Source: Octopus sinensis
Lineage: Eukaryota
DNA length: 64,000 bases
NCBI RefSeq assembly: GCF_006345805.1
Contig: NC_042999.1
Coordinates: 57,226,001-57,290,000, forward strand
Reading direction: 5' to 3'
Shown: positions 54,501 through 64,000 of the stretch, in pieces
Layout of the letters: each line of letters starts with the position of its first letter
Numbering within the stretch: the first letter of the stretch is position 1
The notes under the pieces: model-generated
What the model was told of the DNA's origin: nothing
Databases searched by the model: none
The model's input: the letters and a program-made list of their open reading frames with translations, nothing else
Translations under genes and position numbers: made by a program

Positions 54501-55285
54501 CCTTTCTTTATTAGCCACAAGGGCCGACAAAAATAAGATTGGACATTACAAAACATGAAGGACAAAGTGGGGTTTACATAAAGTGTCGTGTAAAAAGTCG
54601 ATAACAGTGAAAAATGCCTAAAAGAGGCAAGCAACTTTGGGCTACTCATGGAGACTCCACGAAAAATCTACAAGCGCCCCGACCACTAGGGCAAGGGCCT
54701 TCTTCTCATCTTTCTCTCTCTCTCTCTTTCTCTCTCTCAGCGTTGGAAACTCAAAAGCGCATGCTCAAAGTAGGCCTGTTGACACGGATTACCTTCGCCA
54801 TAATCATTCACCTTTCAACAAATTTGCTGGAAGTCAACCCTCACTTTCCTTTTCCTATTGTATCTGAAAACGTTGATGAAGGGTAGGCCAAAGAGAAAGT
54901 ATCTGTCCTCAGCTCTTTCAGTCTAGACACCACACATCCTCTTTCATTTCAGCCACGGGACAGATAATAATTGCCTCCCCTTGCAGGCCAAAAGAAGGCG
55001 GCGGGGCAATCCTCATGATGGAATTAGCCGACAAGCGGATACGTCCTATACGTGGCAGCAGGTGTTTGACATAAACCCATATATCAGATATGCTCGGGCA
55101 CTGGACAAGTGCGTACAGAACGGTTTCGTCGCTCTGCGCACATTTCGGGCAGGTCCGACTGACGGTATTTCCGTGCCTGTAGAGTCTATCTCGAACAGAC
55201 AAAGCCACCGGTAGCACTGCCAGGCCAGGGATTTCTGAAAGATATCCAGAGGCCCCAGCCTGAAAGTCCTCCGGAAGAGACTAGC
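54501..55285 (-). mobile_element. 5'-truncated, diverged Tx1 LINE copy within (TAA)n
   Basis: LFRRTFRLGPLDIFQKSLAWQCYR...RTCPKCAQSDETVLYALVQCP; tail GGCCCTTGTGGCTAATAAAGAAAGG; (TAA)n on both sides. Confidence 0.85.
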
Positions 55286-55299
55286 AATAATAATAATAA

Positions 55300-56780
55300 C
55301 GAGTTTCCCGAGAATAAAAACAGCAGAGAATGTCTTCATGAGGATAAATCTACGCAGTCTTAGCTGACAATCGCCTAGAGATGGTACCACGATAAAAACA
55401 CTGGCGGTTGTGACACCTTATTAATACAGCCCTCTTTACGAGTGTAATACCAAATAAAAATCATCACGGTTACGCTTATGAGACCCAAACCTCGAGTGAA
55501 ATTCTCTGGCACGGCAACTGCTCCACTGCGCAACAGAGTGGACCTGCTCATTATCTAAATACAGTTACAAGATTTAGAGGAAATGGACTCAAAATGACAG
55601 TAAAACTAAAATGAAATAAACTATTGTAGAAAGGAGCCTACCAAAATAGCATACCGGAAAAGAATGCATAAACTTTGGACAGAGGAAGACATGTTCTGGA
55701 CCAAAAACAAAAAAATTAATCATGAAAATGCTGGAACTGGAGGAGATCTCCACAATAGTGAAGGAATGTGAACGTGACTACACAAAACCCATAGAACAGG
55801 AACTAAAACAAGAACTGGAATTAGCAGAGGGACCAATAACTCCCTACAAAAAAACAACTACCTAGATGATGATAAATACTACTTTGTGGAGGAAAAGACT
55901 GTTACAGAGGAAGCAAGAAGCTTCCTACTACACCTGAATAAAGCGTGAAATAGCGGAAGAAAGAGGCTACCAGCTCTGAGAGGAATCGAAAGAGGAAAAC
56001 GATGTAATGTGGGGGAAAAGATAGACGAACTGTTAATGAAAATCTACACCGAAAACACAGCAGATCTAAACAACCTTTTATAGTGCGTGTTCTCTGTCGC
56101 TATGCAAATTCTTAGGGCCAAAAGTGAAAGAAAAACAAAGGACAAAGCCCCATGGTAGGAATGAAGGCTTTAGAATCAAACTGAACTGCTCAAGCGAAAG
56201 CTGGGACGGATACATGCAGTCATAGAAAAGAAGTGTGTGAGGGGAAGATACAGGAATGAACTGCAAAGAAAGTAGAACGTAAGACGTAAGACATAAAGAG
56301 AACTGAAAGTAAGTAAAGAGGAACTAAGACAAAGAATCAATGCAAAGTAGGGTAAAACAAAAAAATCAGACACCAACGGAGAACAAACCAGTACCAGCAG
56401 GGTAGACTCTTTAAGAGCGATAGAAGAAGATTCTATTAACAACGAAACAAGAGGAAAATCGGGGTAATGATATGGCAGGTGCTGAAGCAGCAAAAAAATT
56501 TTGGGTAGAAATCTGGAAATCCAAAATAATGTAAAAGCAAGTTGATTACAGAAATTTAAAAGTGAAATAGAAGTTGGAGTGACAGTAAATATAACACTCA
56601 TTGAGAAGAAAGTAAAAGAGACGAATAAGAAGGCACCCGAACCAGATGGTATCCAGGGGCATAAATGAGGAGGAAATCACAAGGGAAATTAACAATTTGC
56701 GTGAGAGTTTACATAAAAGATGAAGAGAACGAAAGAGCAAACGGTGAAATGAGATAAAAGTACGCATGGTATACAGCATG
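55300..56780 (+). mobile_element. Decayed 5' portion of an R4/Dong-like retrotransposon
   Basis: RKWTQ...KEPTKIAYRKRMHKLWTEE N-terminal motif, a PW...RL motif and KAPEPDGIQG at the RT start; preceded by (TAA)n. Confidence 0.6.
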
Positions 56781-57216
56781 TGTGAACATATGAATGATGC
56801 AGTCCTGATACAAGACAAACCTCCTGGTAGTTCACGTTGGACAATGTAGATCTACTAAAAGAAGAGGTATTCACGGCAGATAAGCTTTTTGTCACACGTC
56901 CGTTCGTAACGGTCGACTTTAAACAACAACAGTTCACAACATCTCTGACAGCGAGAGTGCGGAACAAGCATCACTTGGGCCTTCGAAATCAATCAGTTTT
57001 CTTTTCATTCTCCGACGTACAATGGTACAAGTTACATACGAGTATACATTCACTCACACATGCTCTTACGCATACTACACATACATACACACACGCGCGC
57101 ACGCCCACATATAATACACGCACATACACGCGCGCGCATACACACGCACACACATACTCACACACACATATATATATATATAGTAGCTGCTTTCTTATAT
57201 AAGAGCAAAGCCATTA

Positions 57217-57414
57217 CTAGAAAGAATCATTGATGATGCAATGTGAGGCCCTTGTATGACTCTTGAGCCCGGTCAAAGATTTGCACATTCTATTGCAAAA
57301 TGCACAGCTATGCTGGCTGAGAGAGGGAACAGGTTCCACAATATGGAGACTTTTGACATACCTTTTCAATCCTCCAACTGAAAGGCAGACCCTTTCACAG
57401 AGAGAGGTCCTCAA
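57217..57414 (-). mobile_element. LINE (RTE-like) C-terminal C2H2 zinc-finger remnant
   Basis: CAFCNRMCKSLTGLKSHTRASH. Confidence 0.5.
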
Positions 57415-57802
57415 CGTCTACGGAAACTATATACACATATTTAACGGGCTTCTACACAATTTTTATTTACCAAATTTACCAAATTCGACTCCGCTGTATA
57501 CGTCAGCCTGAACCCATAGTAGAGACATTTGCAGAGGTATCACTCAATAGAATAACTGGATCCACAACTATGTGATCGTAAAGTGAATTTTTTTTTATCC
57601 GCACTGCTATGCATTGGTTGAAATGATTATAACGGTATTCTGTAGAGGTCAAGCAGGTTTATGACGGAGGAAATATATCTCATCCGTGACCAACTAATTT
57701 TTTTACGCATACGAATACTAACATAATAGCTCATTCGTTAGTCTGTGCCGTTGATACTAGTACTGTACATGAGAATTAAGTAAGAACTCTATTTTGTCTA
57801 TA

Positions 57803-58213
57803 AGCGTAGGAGTGGCTGTGTAGTAAGTAGCTTGCTTACGGATCACATGGTTCCGGGTTCAGTACCATTACGTGGCACCTTGGGTAAGTGTCTTCTACTA
57901 TAGCCTTGGGCCGACCAAAGCCTTGTGAGTGGATTTGGTAGACGGAAACTGAAAGAAGCTTGTCGTATATATATGTATATATAAATTTATGTGTGTGTAT
58001 ATATGTTTGTGTGTCTGTGTTTGTCCCCCCCCCCCCAACATCGCTTGATAACCGATGCCGGTATGTTTACGTCCCCGTAACTTAGCAGTTCGGCAAAAGA
58101 GACCGATAGAATAAGTACTAAGCTTACAAAGAATAAGTCCTGGGGTCGATTTTCTCGACTAAAGGTGGTGCTCCAGCATGGCCGCAGTCAAATGACTGAA
58201 ACAAGTAAAAGAG
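57803..58213 (+). mobile_element. tRNA-derived SINE family 1, near complete
   Basis: A/B boxes, internal TA/TG microsatellite and AAGTAAAAGAGT tail. Confidence 0.9.
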
Positions 58214-58746
58214 TATATAACAATGGATTTTACATTTTAGGTTGAGATTAGTTTTCTTTCATTAAACGGCTCTGACCATCATGTCTAGTATATTCTATTA
58301 ACTTTGTTACTGCCATGAGCTTTGTACAGTATTAATATGGCTTCTCTGACTCGCATTTTATTTAAAGGGTATTCTATACATGATATTTGCTTCCAGATTG
58401 TGATTCAATAAGTTTAGTTGCTGTGAAGAATGACAAAAACTAACGTTTTGGACACGGTTCCTTCAACAGAATGATCAAGTGATAGCTGGCAGAAGTGAAA
58501 AAGAGGTGATTGGATTAAGATGTAGAGGCAAATGTTGAAAGGTGTAATCGCAGTGAATGAGATATCTAAGCTGTGTAATGTGATGGAAGAGCGAGCGGGG
58601 CTGCGTAGTAAGTGGTTGGTATGAAAGGTTGATGGGAGAAAAAGTGGTACGCGTTAGTTAGGGAGAAAGGTGTTTGGCATGATAGGTGGTGAGAGAAATG
58701 ATTGTAAGTGTAGCGTGGGTTAGCCAGCGACGCATAGAGAAACATA

Positions 58747-60358
58747 TTAGGTCATCCCATAAAGAATGCGTTTTTTTTTCATACTTCTTTTTTTCCAAAT
58801 TAAGATAAACAAAGTTCCTTTTTAATTTAAAATATACTCTCCTTCATTTTCTGCAATGCTCTTCCATCTATCTGCTAGACTTGCGAGGCCCCTCTTCTAA
58901 AATTCATTTGCCCTTGACAAAAATACTCCTCCAGTACTGTTCTCACCTCATCTACAGAATTCATATTTTTTCCGTCCAAATGATTTTAAAGACTGCGGAA
59001 TAGATAATAATCAAATTAGGCAATGTCCAGTGAATATGGTGGGTGGGGCATCGTTTCCCATTCAAACTGCCCCAGCCTTTGGAATGTCATCCTCGCTGTA
59101 TGTGGCTGAGCATTATCCTGATGGAAGGGCGCCTGTCGTCTTGAAACCAAAAATGGTTGTTTTTCTTCTAGCACTGACTTAAGATGCTCAAGCTACTCAC
59201 ATTAGATCTCTTTTCTCATCGTTTGGTTTGAGTTTAAAAGTTCAAAGTGGACTAAACTTTCATATTCCACCAAACAGATAACAACACTTTTTGTGGGTGA
59301 AAACCTTTAGCTTGGGGTGCCGTTGTTTCTCCTTTCCTTACTAACAGTCTTCGGCGCTTGACATTTTTTATAGAGAACCCATTTCTCGTCACCAGTCACT
59401 GTTCGGTCCAAAAAAGGTTCATTCGTAGGATGTAACAGCAAAGAAGACTACACATTCACTCTCTGCGCGCAATAAGACATGGAAAGTTTGTGAGGAACCC
59501 ATTGACCCAGTTTGCTGACTTTTCCGATGGCACGCAGGTATCGATGAATGGTTTAATGACCAAATTCAGGCTTCTCTGCTAGTTCCTCAACTGTTACGAT
59601 GGAATTTTGTTCCACCAGAGTTTGCAGGACGTACTTGTCGTACTCTACAGATCTTTCAGGGCGTGGCACGTAGTCTAGTCTGTAGTTTCCGGCTCGGAAT
59701 TTCTGGAACCACCATTGACACTGGCTTACGCTTATTGTCCAATCCCCATATACTTCATTAATATTCTTCGCACTTTCTGTTGCATTGTTGCCTTTATTGA
59801 ACTCATAAAACAAAATATGCCGAATATGCTCCTTTTTCACTTCCGTCATAGCTTTCAAAAAATAACTGCTAAAATCGAACTGCACTCTTCAAACACTTGC
59901 ACTAAGAATAAGTACAAGGTAAAATTACTACCTGCTTTTACAGCAAGTTGATGCAGGTAGTTTATTCCGTCCTCCGACATTTGGAGGCGCAATGGCCCAG
60001 TGGTTAAAGCAGCGGACTCGCTGTCAGAGGATCGTGGTTTCGATTCCCAGACCGGGCGTTGTGTGTATTTATTGAGCGAAAACACCTAAAGCTCCTCGTG
60101 GCTCCGGCAGGGGGTGGTGGCGACCTCTGTTGTACTCTTTCGCTCCAACTTTCTCTCACTCTTTCTTCCTGTTTCTTGGGTGACGCTGCGATAGACTGGC
60201 GTCCCGTCTAGTTGGGATGAACACATACGCCATAGAAACCAGGAAACCGGGCCCATGAGCCTGGCTAGGCTTGAAAAAAGGCGCATAAATAAAACTAAAA
60301 ACCTTCGACATTTAGTTCATGCAATTAAAAAAAGTGCATTATTTATGGGATGACCCGA
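58747..60358 (-). mobile_element. Decayed mariner (DD34D) transposon
   Basis: TIRs TTAGGTCATCCCATAAA / TTTATGGGATGACCCGA flanked by TA; HTH KEHIRHILFYEFNKGNNATE; DNAQPH and PPYSLDIA motifs. Confidence 0.9.
59983..60301 (+). mobile_element. SINE family 3 inserted in the mariner 5' region
   Basis: tRNA head GGAGGCGCAATGGCCCAGTGGTTAAAGC...TTCGATTCCC; 12-bp TSD CCT(C/T)CGACATTT. Confidence 0.9.
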
Positions 60359-61057
60359 TACAATTAAGCACAATTACAAAAGAACAAAAAGGGCAAGAGA
60401 ATGAGACGGAAAAAATTTACAGGAATGAGTTCATAACAATATTACAGGAACTGGAGACGATTATGCATTCTACTAAGGGTAAAGTTTCTAGTTTTCCTAC
60501 ATAGTTCTTTTTTGTTTTTTGCATGCAGTACTTGTTGTTGCGCATGTAAAATATTCTAAACAAACAGTCTCATGAAGTTCATAGTTTTAATGTCTGCATC
60601 TGAATGCGTGCTGTAAATTATACGGTACACGTAATGTTTAGTCAACTGTTTGCGGGTGACTGTGCAAGAAACAAGCAAATTGCCATTTCCCCCTCTTTTT
60701 AGTTGCAACAATTTTTTTGTATTTGCTTTATAGGAAAACGATGTTTCATTTCGTCTTCTACGAAATTCATGATTCTCAGAACTATGAATAGCTGATGTAC
60801 GCAAATAAATACCCTTTTCTCTATTGAAAAATGGGACGAGCAACTGAATGCATGTATAGGCCTAAAGCCTGGAGCAATTTTCGTAATTTCATAGATATTA
60901 GATGCTTTAATATCTATAAAATTATTTTTCTTCAGTTCATTTAAATATATAGCTGCACATATATTCATATGGATTTGTTATAATATTGAATATTGTGCGA
61001 CGAGTCATTTATCTTTTGCAAATGCAGTACTGTATGCGCTACAAGGTAAAAAGTAAT

Positions 61058-61089
<32 letters not shown>

Positions 61090-63464
61090 AGACATACATA
61101 CACACATATATGCGGAGCTTCTTTTAATTTCCGTCTATCAAATCTACTCACAAGGCTTTGGTCGGCCCGAAGCTATGGTAGACGACACCGTTTGCGCCAC
61201 GCAGTGGGACTGAGCCCCGAACCATGTGATTGGGAATCAAGCCTCTTACCACACAGCTATATATATTCTCAAACGACACAGTCGCACACAGAGACTGATT
61301 CCCGTTTAACCCTTCATAATACACGATAGAAACACACTTTTCTAACCTCCAAAAGCCTGATGCGTATTACACGCAGATACGAAACCAAAATTTCTGCGCG
61401 TTGAGAGTAGCATCTCGGACTCCAGTTCCTCTCTGCGAACATTATTTCGTCAATTGGCAGCGCTGGTGTGCATCGAGAAGAAACAATGGCCTTGAATAAT
61501 CATAGGAGGCTTACTGTAAAACTGAATAACGATAAAGGACACGGAGAGAAGTTTTATGAGCACTTCACTATTCAATTTTTCTTTTCATGTTGCTTTGACA
61601 TCCTACCAGTGGCAGTGTTAGCGCACTCTTGGAAGGATGGCTGCCGTCAACGTCATCGCCTCTGCTGCTGCTGCCACTGCCGTTGTCTGCGTCTCTGCCT
61701 CCACCTCCACCTCCGTCTCCGGCGTTATATAATTTGACAACTTGTCATTACTTTTTACTTTTCAGGTGTAGTAATATCCTTTTCTACTCTAGGCACAAGA
61801 CCCGAAATTTTTGGGGCGGGGGCCAGTCGATTAGATCGATCCCAGTACGCAACTGGTATTTAATTTATCGACATCGAAAGGATGAAAGGCAAAGTCGACT
61901 TCGGCGGAATTTGAACTCAGAACGTAACGGCAGACGGAATACCGCTAAGCATTTTGCCCGGCGTGCTAATGTTTCTGCCAGCTCAAACCGCGCGTTATAT
62001 ATGGATGCATTTTTACTTTTTACTTTTTATATGGAAAAACCTATATTGTATATTATACACGGGCAAATGCGTACAAATAAGCAAACGCAGATTTGAAACG
62101 GTGACAGTACGAGAAATAAGAACCTTGTAGGGGATGCTGAGCGAAAGATTCTTATTTAGAAAATAATGGAAAATATCTTGCCATTCATTTATATTTTCTC
62201 AGCTATTCTACAGACAAATTAAAGACTTTTACCTCAGCCATGATACAGTTCGTTTCACGACTACAAAGTTTCGGGTACGACCCCATGCAACTCACTGGAC
62301 AAGCATCTGTAAAAATACCCTTGGGTTGACCGAAACTTTAGAAGTGAAATATAATTGATGGTATCCGTAAAAAAGAACCCCGTCAGAGGAACAGTTTTCG
62401 TATTCCTAGACAGTAGACGTAAACGATCACTCGATTTAATACCAGCACCTGTAATTACCTATATGTTCTTACTGGGGTTATGCTATTGAAAGGGTTCAGG
62501 CCAGGTTGCCAGCTTGAAGATAACTTCTCTCTTTACTCTCACTGTCTCAGAAGCCTTGAAAATGTCACGGCTGTAACCATTTTTTCTCTGACTGGACATT
62601 ACCGTCTCGAGTCCAAGAACTCAGAGAGCCGCTTACTCTGTTTCCATGACATTAAATGACCGAGACCGTAACATTCTTAATAGGGCGCCAGTCTGTTGTA
62701 GGGTCGCTCATTTACAACTGATTGAACTGGAGCAACGCGAAATGAAGCGTTTTGCGCAAAAAAAAAAAAAAAACACCGCACGGTTCGGGAATCGAATCAC
62801 GATCTTGCGATTGTAACACTCTAATCACAAGGCAACAAGCCCTCACCTTTGTTTAGTTAACTTATAAAAGATAAACAAATGTATCTTAGCAATGTTCTAA
62901 TTATTTCTTGATTTCATTTGTGTAATTCTCTGTTGCTATCAGTACAAACAAATTCATAACAATTCCATAAGGGGACTAGTAGCAAAACAGGATATTTTTT
63001 TTTGTCTTACATTTTTAATGTGTTTATTTATTGCATAGATACACAAAAATATCAGTCTTTTTCGGAGAAATTTTATACTTCACTGGTTCGTCTTTATCGA
63101 CATTTAGAGGATGGAATTCAGGGTTTTCAGTGCAATATTTATTAGGTTTAGTAAATGTCTTGTGGTATTTAGTTCCCATTTCAAATACCACCTAGGCTGA
63201 CATTTCATTTTGCCTTTCTGAGGTTGATGAAATACCTGTCAAGTACTAGAGTCGATGTAATCGAAAATATAGCTCCCACAAAAATTTGCTGGCTTGTCTC
63301 TAAGATATCATTATTGGGGCAGTGGGTGGTAGAAATAGGAGAAAATCAAATAAAATACCTTATGGAACAATTATTGATTATATTCGTCTCCCACAAAGGA
63401 ATGGTATCTGCACTATAATAAAGAAGGCCGCTTATTAATTCATTATGAGTAGGAATAGTTTTAG

Positions 63465-63758
63465 TGGAGGCACATGGCCTAGTGGTTAGAGCAGCAGACT
63501 CGCGGTCGAGGGATCGTGGGTTCGAATCTCAGTACCAGGCGATGTGTGTGTTTATGAGCAAAACACCTAAGCTCCACGCGGCTCCGGCAGAAGGTAATGG
63601 CGAACTTCTGCTGACTCTTTCGCCACAACTTTCTCTCACTCTTGCATCTTGCAGCTCATCTGCGACGGACTGGCGTCCCTTCCAGCTGGGGAACCTATAT
63701 GCCAAGGAAACCGGGAAACCGGCCCTTATGAGCCAGGCATGGCTCGAGAAGGAACATA
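63465..63758 (+). mobile_element. SINE family 3
   Basis: GGAGGCACATGGCCTAGTGGTTAGAGC...GGTTCGAATCTC head; body similar to 59983-60301. Confidence 0.85.
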
Positions 63759-64000
63759 CTTGAATAGTTTTGCTAAAGCAATTTTGAAATCTACACTGTC
63801 TAGCAAATTCTTATAAATTCCAATCTTAAATTTTTTTATTGTAATTTTTTTTTATTATTTAATGTAAAATGTTTTATTTAATGTAAAAAAATTACATTAT
63901 GTAATTTAATGTAAAATTTAATGTTAAAATTTGTATTATTGAAATTTAACTACACGAATCATCCAGAAAACTGATTTCTATTCATCGGGACATAGTATTT

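Noticed and set aside
59983-60055. tRNA gene (also 63465, 14530, 57803)
   Set aside because: tRNA-like heads continue into SINE bodies with tails and TSDs; no complete acceptor stem or terminator.

Overview
Repeat-dense animal genomic DNA. The (TA)n/(CA)n/(GATA)n/(TAA)n microsatellites and tRNA-derived SINE families strongly suggest a coleoid cephalopod, probably Octopus (inference). There is one host gene fragment: the first coding exon of a NALCN auxiliary factor (NALF/FAM155/Mid1/NLF-1 family) on the minus strand (3632-4129), with a putative YY1/NRF1/CCAAT promoter near 5.4 kb. The remaining ~59 kb upstream is transposon terrain. It holds two near-full-length Tx1 (L1-clade) LINEs in tandem, one with an intact 1145-aa ORF2, and two truncated Tx1 copies. 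It also holds decayed maT and mariner elements, a hAT-Charlie transposase with MITEs, Helitrons, Penelope-like, R4/Dong, RTE and CRE fragments, and many SINEs. The most interesting signal is an apparent Tx1-centred retroelement system. (i) Tx1 copies sit in (GATA)n or (TAA)n microsatellites. (ii) A 1.54-kb ORF1-only (HAL1-like) element has a 19-bp TSD, and removing it restores a CRE endonuclease reading frame. (iii) A tRNA-SINE family shares the same 3'-terminal hairpin/tail as the LINE. (iv) A GTAAGT...AG motif between ORF1 and ORF2 would fuse them in frame in the intact copy if spliced.
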